DNA of 64,000 bases from contig MU053881.1 of the NCBI GenBank assembly GCA_013239625.1, positions 9,943,957 through 10,007,956 of the forward strand, written 5' to 3'. The stretch is from Lama guanicoe. Its lineage: Eukaryota. This document shows, piece after piece, positions 40,131 through 52,679 of this stretch (position 1 is the stretch's first letter; every line of letters begins with the position of its first letter). The translations under genes were made by a program, and so were the position numbers. Below the pieces are notes generated by a model. It ran no database searches, was not told the DNA's origin, and saw nothing but the letters and a program-made list of their open reading frames with translations.

Positions 40131-40499
40131 TTTCCCAGATATACAGGTGGGTCAATGGCTTATGCTAAGCATGTTTCCGTCTGACCTCCTTTTAGAAATC
40201 AACATTGGGGAATTGCTTTCTCTGCTGTCATCCTTCGAAACGATCATTTCTGGGAGTCAACTTCAGTATTTGAGACGACTCAGGATTCATGGAGTTATTT
40301 ATCCTTTTATGAATTAATTCCTACATTTTTGGAGGTTTGCCCAATTAATAACTATTTGAATCACTTATTTATCTCTCAGCATCTTCATAAGGAATTGTAC
40401 AATTTCTCCCATAAATGCAAAGTTTTTTTTTTGTAACCCCCTCATGTGTAGCACAGTGTGAAATACATATACGACAGTCATCAAATATATCTGATCTTC

Positions 40500-40625
40500 T
40501 CTATTAGACTCCACTCTTTGAAGGCAGCACAGTATGTGTTTATCTCCTGATTCCTAGGGCAATGCCTGGAACAAAGCAACACTCCATAAATATTCACTGA
40601 CCAAATCAATACATTAAATGAAATT
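40500..40625 (+). mobile_element. L2 3' end
   Basis: 'ctctttgaaggcag...caatgcctggaacaaagcaacactccataaatattcactga'. Confidence 0.65.
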
Positions 40626-41504
40626 AGTAGAATGTAACTGCTAGAAAAATAGTTATCTACCCTTCTCGATAGAGTCAATAGTTAATAGGATGAATGCTCA
40701 AGAGTTGTCTTAATTCTTCCTCAATCCATGTCTTCCCTCCTGCCTTCCTTACTATTTCTCATCTTCTTAGTTCTGAATTGGGGGAAAAAAAAAAAAAGCT
40801 TTTTCAACTCTTTTTATCTGAGCCTTGGGCAGTAAAATTTTCTTTTGCTCTGTTGCTTGAACAGGAAATGAGCTAGTCAACAACTGACCTGAGTATTGCA
40901 GTTCACTTGAGGGTTTAACTGTGAGAGTAAATTAATCAACTCTTCTTTGAAATTGCCATATATCTATATATATCAGATACAGATATAAAAAAAACTTGAG
41001 TCTTAGATTATTTTAATTTAAATTAAACGTACAGGTGATTTTAATAACTTTATGGTAGAACTACTGAATTTTTTAAAATTTTTCCAAGCCCCTTGTGAGC
41101 AGGGTTATGCTCTCTTAAAGAAGGGGATGTGTGAAAAGCAAATAATGAAAGGACATAAGGACAAGTTACTTTTCATTTTGGTTTTAATATTAGTCTAAAA
41201 CATTCCCTTAGCAGAGCTTCTGAACAATTCTGAAAAAGGAAACAGGTCATCATTACACTAGTTTTCCCAATATGTAGAGTACAGACTATCAGCAATAGAA
41301 TAATTGAAGATACTTCTTAAAATGTAGAAGCTAGTGCTTTTTTTTTTTTCCCCCATCTCTTTCTGCTGCCAACTGCAATCAAAGTCTCTATGGTTGGAGA
41401 CTGAGAATGTGTTTTTAGTCAAGTTCCTTAAGGGCTTTTTACATGTTGCAAGAGACTCTGGAACCCATGAACAGCTACCTAATCCTCACGTAAAGGTGTG
41501 GATT

Positions 41505-41875
41505 CCTTTCATTGTAGGCAACAGAAACCCAGCACCTACTGGCTCATCTAACTGAAAAAATTCAGTTCGGATTCAGGCTCTGGCTGCTGCAGGATGAAGG
41601 GGATGGGGGGTGTCTCAAACAGATCCTGGTTTCTGCCTGTCTGTCTCAGCTCTCCTGGTGTTGAACTTGCTCTCTTTTCAGTCCGGCTCTTGCCCTGTGG
41701 TGGCAAGTTGGATGAACTGTCTCAAGATTTATCACATTCTCACCAAGAGGAGTGGTTAAAAAAAAAAATCCACATGCTCATTTACTCTAATTGGCTCTAA
41801 AGCAGTCAAAGGACTTAGTGGGGTTTGATGCTCTATGTGGCCAAGCCTGAGTCCCCTGCCTAGCCCAGAGGGGAG
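41505..41875 (-). mobile_element. Old MaLR LTR (MLT1J/K-like)
   Basis: 'ttgtaggcaacagaaaccca', 'ctgtctcagctctcc', 'ctctaattggctc' resemble reverse MLT1J/K. Confidence 0.55.
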
Positions 41876-41904
41876 AGAGAAATTTACTTTTTTTCTGTCC
41901 CTCT

Positions 41905-42012
41905 CTACATATATACATATGCATATATACACACACACATATATATACACATATATGTACATATATACAATATATATTATAGATATACTTTTTTGTCTGT
42001 GTGTATATACAC
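41905..42012. repeat. Imperfect TA/CA microsatellite
   Basis: Alternating purine-pyrimidine tract. Confidence 0.85.
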
Positions 42013-42284
42013 AAAGACAAAGAGAGACTGCAGATTCCTAGGACAATAAATGTATAGAGCTCCATGCAAAACTTGTCCCCTAGAGTAACGACTGAGTCCA
42101 CATTTCTTAACCATTACTCTTTAGGTCACCTACAATTGCCATATTAACTTGGGAATTAGTTTGAGGCTGTGGAGCAATGCCAGCGTTCCAATTTGAACCT
42201 AAGACCTTTTCTTCTAGAGGAAAATAAGTTACTCTGAATACAGACTATTTGGGAGATTTCACCGAACCCTGGAATTAGAAAAAA

Positions 42285-42305
42285 ATATATATATATATGT
42301 GTGTA

Positions 42306-42336
<31 letters not shown>

Positions 42337-42365
42337 GTATATATATGTATGTGTGTATATATGTA

Positions 42366-42403
<38 letters not shown>
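42285..42403. repeat. Compound (TA)n/(TG)n microsatellite, about 118 bp
   Basis: Uninterrupted alternating purine-pyrimidine sequence. Confidence 0.97.
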
Positions 42404-43069
42404 GGAAAAGGGAGCTAAGGAATAAAATCGATCATCCAAAAAGAATTAGAAAAAAAAATTGAAAATAGAAATCTAATGTACTGATGATGAGGAGATGCAT
42501 TCTCATCATAATTTCTTCTTCACAATCTAATTACAATTCCCATCTGTTCTCCCTGCCAATATCAATACAGTGCTTTCTTTGAAACTGAAAAACTATTTTG
42601 TAAACTAAGCCAAAGCAATAACAGACTATTTTCAGAAAGGAGAACCGTGGAATTAGTTTACCTAATCTCAGTTGTTCCAGTTACCAGATCATTTTGGTTT
42701 CTTTAGCTGGTCTCCAAGAGACCTCGGATCTAAGCTACCTTTGTGATGATTTTGGGGCTGCTATCCTTTTGAAATGTATGTCTGCTTTTTCTCGTTTAAG
42801 AAAGATACACTTTGCCAATGATATTTCACTTGTTCAAACTGTATTCAGTGAGCAATTGAGAGCATTAAATTGAAAAAACAGGCAAAACAGAAAGATAACG
42901 AGGCTAATTTTAATAGCTCATGTATGTTATCAATTCTACATTTTTGAATTATGTGAATGAATAACAAACAGTCTATCATTGGCATGGGTTTATTCTCCAC
43001 AGAGATCCTTATTCTGAGGATCTCTGGAAATTCTGGGCTTCTATTAACTTAAATCTATGCCACTTTCGT

Positions 43070-44150
43070 TTAAGATACAATTGGCCTATATCTTCAGAGC
43101 CTAGAAATGAGTACAGCCTAGAATCCTATCCTTAGGGAGTTGAGGTTGGCTGATGTGACAGATAAGAAACCACACAGTGTAATACGGCACATGATAAAGG
43201 CAGGTATAAGGTGCTGCAGAAGCGTGGTATTGGGACTACGTTCTGACAGGGCTCAGGAACTGCTAAGAGACCTCCTCTTCATAGGAACAAAGAAGCAAAC
43301 TAGAGATTAAATTATTTTGACAGAGGAAAAGGCATTTAACTCAAGGAGAACAGCATGTGCAAAGGCCCAGAGGGATGAGAAGCCATGGTTCATCCAGGAA
43401 CACGTAAAATGTCTCCCTATGTTTGGAGCCCATAGTTCTTAATGTCACAGGAGAAGGTAAGCGGTGGCCAAATTACACACGACCTTGATTATCATGCTGG
43501 ATTTTCCCGATGTGAAGACAGGGAGCCACAAGAATTTCACGGAGATGAACGCAACATTGTTGAGCATTTACCATGTACGACACATTGTTTTAAGTGTTAC
43601 TTAATAACCTTACAACTCTACTCCAAGGAAAACTCAGACACAAAGGCTAATTCGTATTGTCTCATGATTCTCAGCCAGAAAGGGCTGTGCCTGATACTTT
43701 GACCCATTCTATGCCTCCAGGAGAATGAAACCACATTGTCCCATTATAGGGATGATTGTATTTTAGGCAGAAATATTATTATGGTGGATTGGGAAGAATG
43801 AACTGAGGAGGAGGCAAGACCAAAGACAAAAACAGTCCAAGAACAGAGAGACTGGAGATCATAAAGAATTAAACAGAGGGAGCTGCTTGCAGTGAGTGAA
43901 GAACAGAATAAGTAAATTCTATAAACATAGAAGCAAGAAAATTTGGGAGACAGAAGACTCTACAATGACTTCCAGGGTTATATTTTCACCAATCAGGAAG
44001 GAAAGTCCGTGAGATATAGGCATCCCATTTAGAAAAAGGAAAGTTCCGAAAACACAGAAAGACGAGCAGTGTTTCAGAGGGGAAAGCTTATGAGTTCAAT
44101 TTTGGGGGGGAAAAATGAATTTCAATCATGTGTGGCTATCCAGGAAGTTA
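43070..44150 (-). mobile_element. L2 LINE with an internal MIR (about 43555-43720)
   Basis: 'gagaacagcatgtgcaaaggcccagagg', 'gaccttgattatcatgc', 'atgagttcaattttggg' are L2-like; 'ttgagcatttaccatgtacgacacattgttttaagtg' is MIR-like. Confidence 0.65.
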
Positions 44151-44879
44151 GACTAGCAACATGTTTTTAATGACGGCTTCAACTTCTCACTAAGTGATTG
44201 CTTCTCACACCAAAGAATGAGTGAGAATCTTTCTTTCATCTGTTCTCTTTCCAATTCAAGTTGTAACCAAAATCAATCTATTATGACCCCTACTTAAATT
44301 CCCACACCTGTGCTTCTCTCAACTTGGCTTATCACAAAAAGATAGATCTTCTCACTTCTGCTCTTGAAGGAAGCATGAATCATACTCAGTGGTAGAAACA
44401 CAGCATTGGGAGTCTTAAAAATGGTAGGTACCGCATCTCTCTCACATCTGTAATTCAGTGACCTGCTCTCACCTGAAAAATATTTATAAATACAAGAAGA
44501 CTTCCTCTCAGTCCTTTTAGTCTGCAACTTCAGTTTATTTATTTAAAGAGGTTTTATGGAATACTTAGTACATTTCAAAACCCAGGTAACAGCAATACAG
44601 AAGTTTCTTTTGTAATTTTGGCTCCTTAAGAAAAAAAACATTTTAATTATTTTCTCAACATTAAAGGAAGGAATTGTCATTAATTTATCTTCAGCCTTGA
44701 CAAATCTCTGAGGTTTCTTTGGAACTCTTGGTGGCAGATACTGTTTTCTTTGCTACAATACCTGTCCTTATGCAGTTCTTTTTTGGTATATTCCTAAGTC
44801 ACAAATATGATCAATATTTCTCTATAATTGAGCAGTCTTTGATGATGTCATATTAATATTAAATAAAAGTTCAAAATTC

Positions 44880-45230
44880 TTAAGTATGTCACGAGAATCC
44901 TTCATCGGTTGGTCCCCTATCCCTCTCTATTTCTACTTTCAGTTACTCTCCCAAACAAACCACATCTTGCTCTCTCAGACTCACCACCCTCTCCCTCATG
45001 CCTTGGCTTCTGCTGAAATTACTTCCTCTGTTGGAATTTCCTGCTCTGGCAACACATCAACACTTACCCCATTGGTATTTCATACTTCGGTCAACAAAGT
45101 CCAATTTAAATGCTGACACTTCCTCTCTGAAGCCTTCCTTCATTTCCTCTAGCAAAATTAACTGCCCTTGCTTCTATGCCAATTTCACTTTGTATGTATC
45201 TCTATGATACTTCTCACATTTTACTGTAAC
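44880..45230 (+). mobile_element. L2 LINE fragment
   Basis: 'cacttcctctctgaagccttccttcat' and the surrounding pyrimidine-rich L2 3' region. Confidence 0.6.
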
Positions 45231-45231
45231 T

Positions 45232-45879
45232 TAGGTTTTCCCAAACTGGGAAACTTGTATTCTTGGAATGTGCCTCGGAATTTTTTGAAAATGTTCAAAT
45301 TTGTGTTTTCATTCCTTTAACAACCTAAAACAATGTGTGTGTGTGTGTATGTGTGTGTGTATACAGACAGACAGACATACATAAGCATTTTTAAATCATC
45401 GAGTTGAGCATTTGTAACTAAGTACCGTGGTACTACTTGAATGCCAAAGCTTGCATTTGCATTTTTAAGCGTGTTCAAGATATCATACTATTTTTATTGT
45501 TGTGCTAACAAGAAAAAGAACATGAGGCAGGCAATGTAGAAACGAAGCAATGTAAAAATGATTTCTCCCACGTGAAGGCCTAATAAATGGATTTACATTG
45601 CCATCCGCAGAAGTCACATATTTAAAGGAAACAACGGTAACAGGAGTAGAGTGTCATTTATAATTTTTGTTTGCCTTATAATTGTTCAAAAGTGAAATGC
45701 TATTTGTTCATTTAGGTTTTACTTCTGTACATATTGGATTAACCTTATAACAAAATTAATTTATGTCATACTTTTTCTTTTTCATTGTAATTTAAAATGG
45801 ATTTTACATTACTCAAGACTGAGAAATAATACTATAGATTTTTTTTATGGTTTTCTTTTCCACTATTTTGGGAAAAGTG
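45232..45879. mobile_element. Probable old hAT-Charlie-type DNA transposon
   Basis: Inverted terminal motifs ttttcccaaa (45235-45244) and tttgggaaaa (45867-45876) bound an AT-rich body. Confidence 0.4.
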
Positions 45880-45972
45880 ATACGAATAAGAGAACTCCTT
45901 GTGCTTATCAAAGTATTCTATATATAGGACAATCCTAGGGATAAAGATTCAATAGCTTATTGTAACACATTG

Positions 45973-46483
45973 TTTTTAAATTATGGTAAAACCATATAAC
46001 AAAGTTTATCATCTTAACCATCTGTAGGTATAAAGTTGAATAGTGTCAGACATTCACGCTGCTGTGAAACAGATCTCCGTAACTTTTTCATCTTGCAAAA
46101 CTGAAACCCTAAACCCACAGAACAATAACTCCCCACTTCTCCCTCCCCTCAGTCCCTAGGAATCATCACTTTGCTTTGTATTCCTATGAAGATGATCACT
46201 TCAGACACCTCATATAAGTAGAATCATACAATATTTGTTCTTCTGTGCCTATAGCATTTCACTTAGCAAAATGTTCTCAAGATCCACTCACACTGTAGCA
46301 TAAGACAGGATTTCTTTCTTTTTAAGGCTGAGGAGTATTCCATCCTGCGGGTATGTCCCACATTGTCTATCCATTCAGCCATGGCAGATATCTGAGTTGT
46401 TTCCACCTCTTGCTTACTATGAATAATACTAGTATGAATATGAGTGTGCAAATATCTTTTCAAGATCCTGCTTTCAATTCTTA
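45973..46483 (-). mobile_element. L1MB-like 3' fragment
   Basis: 'tttttcatcttgcaaaactgaaac', 'cctcatataagtagaatcatacaatatttg', 'tttaaggctgaggagtattccat'. The 46263-46493 ORF contains an ORF2-tail-like MEYSSALKRK. Confidence 0.88.
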
Positions 46484-46856
46484 ATACAAACATTTTTTGT
46501 TAAGAGGTAAGTAAAAAAACACCTCCATTTGCTGAGGGTCAAGAGGGCTATTCTTTAGATGTTCCAGGTACTCTGATTTTTGCAGGCACTACCGGGTATC
46601 AAATTGAAAATATTAACATGCACCCATGTTTGACATTATAATGGTTTGAAATTGGTGAAGGCTTATTTTTTATAATTTTATTGGGGAAATTATTTCACTA
46701 TATGTCACTAACTTAATTTATGATCCGCAGTGATTCCTCAACAGTCATTACTCATACCCAGGAATTCTTATAAAACAAGGCCACTTAACTTGCAAATTAT
46801 TTTTAAATGTTATGAAATTTTGATGATATTGAACAATTTTTTTATTATTATCTTTG

Positions 46857-47290
46857 CTTTAATTGAAGGACAGCTGACCTACAATATTTTTTATTGAAGT
46901 ATAGTCAGTTTACAGTGTGTCAATTTCTGATGTATAGCATTATGTTTCAGTTGTATATATACATACATATATTCATTTTCATTATAGGTCATCACAAGAT
47001 ATTGAATATAGTTCCCTATGCTATACAGGAGAAACTTACTACTTACCTATTTTTATATAGTAGTTAATATTTGCAAATCTCAAACTCCTAATTTATCTTT
47101 TCAAACCACCTTTCCCCCCAGTAACCAGAAGTTTACTATGTAATTTAAAATATTAGTTTCAGGTATACAACATAGTGATTCAATATTTTTATAGATTCAT
47201 TCAATACAAAATTATAATATTGACTACTTCTCCATGCTGTACATTAAATACTTGTAATTAATTTATTTTGTAACTAATAATTTACCTCTA
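46857..47290 (-). mobile_element. Younger L1 3' fragment (46889-47145) nested in an older L1 3' end
   Basis: Older tail 'aattgaaggacagctgacctacaatatt' resumes as 'taaaatattagtttcaggtatacaacatagtgattc'; duplicated tacaatatt/taaaatatt at 46880-46888 and 47146-47154. Confidence 0.8.
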
Positions 47291-49219
47291 TTAAACTTAA
47301 TAATCTTATGGACACTGAATTAAACATGCATTATTTAAAATTCAAGTTTTGGGGGTTTTTCCCCATATCTGAGACAATACTTTTTTCTTTTTTCATGTCG
47401 CAAGCATTTTTAAGTCCCTTAATAAGATCATAAGCCATAAGCGCCCAGTACTTAATGGATAAAGCACACCTGAAGACAAATAGTCCACCTCTAAAACTAT
47501 GTAAGAACTAAGCCTCTAAGGTTTTAATATGGGATATGAGAAAATAAATGGATTTAGAGGTGGTCCTTTCTGAATGTTGTGTTTCTGGAATGTTACCCTG
47601 AGTAGTAGAAATATTTTAAAGTCAAAATATATGCTAGGGTCAAGAAAATGAACAGAGAAACTGCTTTATTAAATTGAAACCATTCATCAAGTTAGGAGAA
47701 TTAGAGTGCCAAAAAGAAAAGGTAGGAGTCTCCATGGGCCTAAAAACTTCAAGAAAGCCATTGCATTTTCGGGTAGTTTCACAGACATCTGTATGCCAAG
47801 ATTTCATAAGGATCCCTCCTGCCCTTAATTCTTCTTCCCTCCAAACCCCAAACTTCACAGCTCATTCCTCAGTGACAGAGGAGGGAGTCTTTATTTCAAA
47901 ACAAGAGAAAACCAGAAATATTTCTCGATGGAATTTCAATTAAATATCTGTCTTTAGAAGGCATTTAACTTCTGAAACACCCTGACTCATGTAGATACTT
48001 GTTTAAGGTGTCCTGAAAACATGACCTGATCTTCGTATCCTAAAAGAACGGGGGTCCGGTAATTAGCGCTGTAACTGCTGCTTGCGACTGCTCTCAGCAG
48101 ATAACCGTGAGGCTTGTGTGTGTACTAAACTCACTTTCACTGGGAGTCCTTTAAAAACATACAGCAAGCAATCACACAGAAATATTAATTTGCACTCAAA
48201 CGCTTGATGCCACAAGACACTCCAATTATCTCTCTCTGTTTAAGCCAGAAGACTTTTCCAGGCTTTAAACTAGTCTCTGAAGAGATTTAATTCAATATTA
48301 CTTACCCCAAAGCAGCCAGCATACTCTTTTTTTGACCTTCAGGTCAATGAGAGCGACCCAACTGAGACCCAATCAAATCTGAATATGTACCCCGCCTCAA
48401 GAACTGTTCACAAGGTTAATTGTATACTGCTTCTATTTGCTGAATAAGGAATCAATTAAAGGGAATAGCAGAAGAAGGCAAAAATGGCTTCATGAACTAC
48501 ACAGAAGCGAGCCATGTAGAGAAACAGGCTCCCCTCTGCTTCCGTTCCTCCTAGATCCCTAAACAGAAGGAGACAGAACAAGGACAGAAGCATCCTCACG
48601 CTTCCTATCATCAGTGTAGTCAATACCTTATTTCACTCTTGCATCAGCATCACATTGTGTTATCTGAGAACCACAGAGGTCAGATACCTAAAAATCTTCC
48701 ATTACTGGTCCTATGGCAAAGTTCATTGGACTGGAATGCTATCACAATGCGTTAAGTCACGGATCTGTAAGGGAACAACACTAAGTTTGCCTGTAACCAG
48801 CCGGTGAGGGGGTGGGAAGGGAAGGCTGGAGTGAATGTGCCGCTGTGTGTTAACTTTCAAGGTTTATGTGTGGGCACTGGAAAAATATATATCAAAAGAG
48901 CACAATGTATAAAGAAAGATAATAGGAAGAGGAAAAAATGCTTTCTATAGGAAATACAAAAAAGGGCCAGAGCACCTCAGTCCTTAACATTCCGCTCAGT
49001 TATATAATAGGCTCATGAGGAAACAGAGGGAAAACAGCCTTTAGAACCTGAGAACAGTAACAGCCATCTGAGGGCTTACTACGGCCAAGTGTTATGCTAA
49101 AAGCTGTAGAAGCCTCTTGTCATTCCTCGCCACAATCCGTGAGATCTTACCTTCCTCACTCAGGGTCATGAAGCAAAGAAAATGAAGAGTTTGAAGCTAA
49201 AACGTTGTGGCCAACTCTG

Positions 49220-49774
49220 TGTAATAGGGAAGAGCACATCTGACTCCACCTCCACGTTAGATTCATTCCTTTGGCTCTAACCCTGCGCTGGGTTTCCTGT
49301 GCTTAGTCATTCTGCTTCTGCACCTTTTGTAAAAGAATGTTGCCTAGAGCCTGAAATATACAGGAGAGCCCATTCTCAGGGCTCTGGCCTTTAAGAGTAT
49401 AGCACTTTCCCATTCATATAAAGATAGGAAGTTGCAGAATAGAAAATAGCATTTGTCTGGTTGGAGGCTGACGGGAACACCATGACCTGACCCATGTGGA
49501 CAGCTGTAAGGATAAAGGATTCCGACAGCAAGAAGTTTGCAACAACCAACACCACCTTGCCCTTTGGCTGCAACAACCAACAACACCTATACCTTTTTGG
49601 TATAAAAGGAGCCTAAATTCTGACTTAGGGAAGATGGTTCTCCAGGACATTAGTCAGCCATCTTCTTAGGCTGCCCGCTTTCTGAACAAAGTTGCTATTC
49701 CTTGCCCCAACACCTTATCTCCTGATTTACTAGCCTGTTGTGTGGCAGGCGGAATGAGTTTGGACTCAGTAACA
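49220..49774 (+). mobile_element. Solo ERV1-class LTR, copy B (same family as 30536-31059)
   Basis: TGTAAT...AGTAACA termini, 4-bp flanks tctg/tctt, TATAAAA at 49601-49607, internal duplication of tgcaacaaccaaca(c/a)cacct. Confidence 0.88.
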
Positions 49775-52079
49775 TCTTGATATTTAACTTTGCCTTCTAT
49801 CCAACTATTACCAAAGATAAGACATGCAGACACAACAGTCCACTGTACAAACAGTGAGTATGAACGCTTATAATAATGTGGTAACTGGAGTGGAACCGCA
49901 ATTAAGGAGGCTTCAGTGGAGAGTGAGTGGTGGCACTTTAGAAACAGAAGCCCCAATGAGCCAGAGCCAACAGTTAAGGCCTTAGTCAACTGCAGGCCTC
50001 CCCCAGCTTACAATCAGAGCCAAGTTCCTCTCGGCGGCTGATCCGTGTTGATTATCCAGAGTCCCCAGTATTAGCAGTTCCTTGGCCTACTCTGGACAAA
50101 GCAAACGTGACATTTCACTAAGTTGCCTGGGAAGGGATGAGGCTGGAGACTTTTGGCATAAATCCTGCATATGGCTAAAATAAATGAAATGAAATTCTGA
50201 CTTGCCTCTCTAAAACATACCAATAATGGCATTTTAAGGTCAGAAATCATGGTCACTCATTCTATAATGAAGGCCTCCCTTCCCCTTTATTTTTTAATCA
50301 ATCCATTTATCCTCTCAAACGTTAATTCTTTATGGAGCTGAGCTCTGTACTCAGGCCCTAAACTTGAGTGTGACGTGTGTGTGTGTGTGAGTGTGTGTAG
50401 GCAGAATACTGATAAATCCAAGCTTGTTAGTTGTAAATCTCCTGGTAATCTTCTAATTCTTAAACCACATCAAGAATTCTCCCTAAACCCTTTGTTCTTC
50501 CTTAGGTTAGATACCTAGTTCCTTCTGAAAGTGTAAATGCCATGTTCAACCCAATCCTTTCCTTGGAAAGACAGAGCTGTTATTCCAACAGCAGGCTCTC
50601 CCCTCCTCCTTACGCACTTTCCCTCCCCCGATCCCATTGTGTCTGGACTATAGGAGGCCAGAGCATCTAATCTTGGGTTCTGGGGCACCTCTGATGTAGT
50701 CTGCCTCACAGTAGCTCAAGTGCTTCTCCCATTCAGCAGGTGCTACTCCCAGGGATATGAAGCCAAGACAGGATCAACATTTGAATCAGGATTAGCTATC
50801 AATGGAACCCAACCGTTTACCAGGTTTCATGAGGGAGCCTGGCTTTTCTGAACAATTCTTCCCTCGGAAAAGCATGACTAACACACTGAAGGGGAGCAGC
50901 AAGAGGGACGGAGCAGGCTACACTTGTTAAATCACAGTGGTGTGCTGCGATCAATAACTGTAACGGGAAGAGAGAAACCAAAAGGTGCAGCATTTATGGG
51001 ATAGACACAGGAGCGGGAACCCGTATGTCTGTCATTAATATACCGACTCTTGAACTCCAAGTAACCAACGAAAACTACAGCACTTCCCTGGCGGCCAAAC
51101 TTAACTCTTCTAGGCTTTTTGCCTTCTTAAGTCTCCCAGGTAAGACCTAATGAATTCTGTAAGAGAAATCACTATGTTCTCTGAAATTGTTTCAAGTGAA
51201 AATGCAGGTTAAATTTATTGAAGGAATTAGTCTAGTAAGGACTTCTTGAATGTAATGTACGCCCACACTGTGTGGGTTTTTGTGCATCTTTTGATGCTGT
51301 AGCGCAAGGTTAGCAAGGGTGAGAGGATGCTTACCGCTCTGGGTCCCACAGAAACCTTTCAATGTGCTTGCTCTCCCCAGTACAGGTGCCCTTGTCATCA
51401 AAGAGTTGTTTTAACCAAGCACTGATTATACACAACTGTGTGTGGGGCCAAGCAGGAATTTCACGACCCTGTACCTTCTTGAGCCTGATTACTAGGCTCC
51501 TCCAAAAAGTCCCTCATTTGCTGTCCCTTCTGTGAAATATGTGTTCCCAGGAAGTAGTTAGCCGCAAGCAACTGTAATTAATGGATTCTCTGAAGGACTT
51601 TTCTGGAAGCTGGCCACCTGCTGAGGTGAGTCTTTCCCAAAGGGAACTAGGCTAAGCCTGAACCTGGCTTCCAGGTTCCTTATTGTACCCTTAAGCATGC
51701 CTGAACTAAAACGAGTCCCAGACACCCAGGCAGAGAGCGCAGCGCTGCTTCATTCCGTAAGTGATGGAGCATAACTCAGAGCCCACGCCACAGGCTCAGC
51801 TTGATCCCTGTCAAGTACTCTCCCATCTCTTGACAAACTTGACAAAGCAGGTATTTCTGACTGTTCATGGATTTCTCTTCTGCTGGGTGACCCTAAACCA
51901 TGGGAACAACTTTGATTTTACTCTAAGTGCAATACAATAATCTCTAGAGGGTTTTTTTCCCCCCAGAGAAGCAACAGAACCTGACTTTAGTTTTTAATAC
52001 AATCTCCACGCTTCCTAAAACTGGGGGAGGCGGGGATCTCTCTCCATTTCTCCCACTAGAATCCTAACTGGAATGAACA

Positions 52080-52675
52080 TCATCTAATGCTTTGACCACT
52101 CCACCCTTCTACTTCTTTCTTTTTCAATAGCCATAGTGATTCTTCCCCGCGAGCATTTTATTATGAAAATTCTCAAACATACAGAAATAGTGAAACAACT
52201 GTATTGTAAAAACCTATATAACCACCACTTAGATCTTACAATCAATATTTATATTGATTTCGAGTATCTGTAAGTTAGAACAATCACACCATTCCCTAAA
52301 TGAGCAAGTTCTTATCGTACGCAGGATAACATCCAAATTCTTTGCCACAGTCTACCAGGCTCAAGCTGATTTGACTTCTAGCTTCTCCATGACCTCACTT
52401 CTTATTCCTCCTCCCCTCCAATACTGGTATCCAGAAACACTGCCATCCTTTATATTCTCCAAATCTATTGAGTTTTCCCAACTTGGGGGTCTTTGGCTCT
52501 TCTACTGGATCTTCCCGTGACCAGCTCTTTCTCTTCCTTCTGGTCTCAGCTTCAACACATCTACCAGGAGACCCTTTCCTTGACCTTTGCACCTGAGCAC
52601 ATCTTCTGCTCCCAGTTACTCCCAAAACAACACCACACTTGATGGCATTGAGAGCACCTACCACTCTCGGAAATT
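52080..52675. mobile_element. L2 fragment (+) interrupted by an old L1MC-like 3' end (about 52155-52250, -)
   Basis: 'ttttattatgaaaattctcaaacatacagaa' is L1MC-like; 'ctggtctcagcttcaacacatctaccaggagaccctttccttgacc' is L2-like. Confidence 0.55.
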
Positions 52676-52679
52676 CTCG

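Noticed and set aside
30536..49774. Single provirus bounded by the two similar LTRs
   Set aside because: The LTRs are 18.7 kb apart and clearly diverged, no PBS or gag/pol was seen, the interval holds ancient MIR/L2/MER5A, and copy B has its own 4-bp TSD-like flanks. They are independent solo LTRs.
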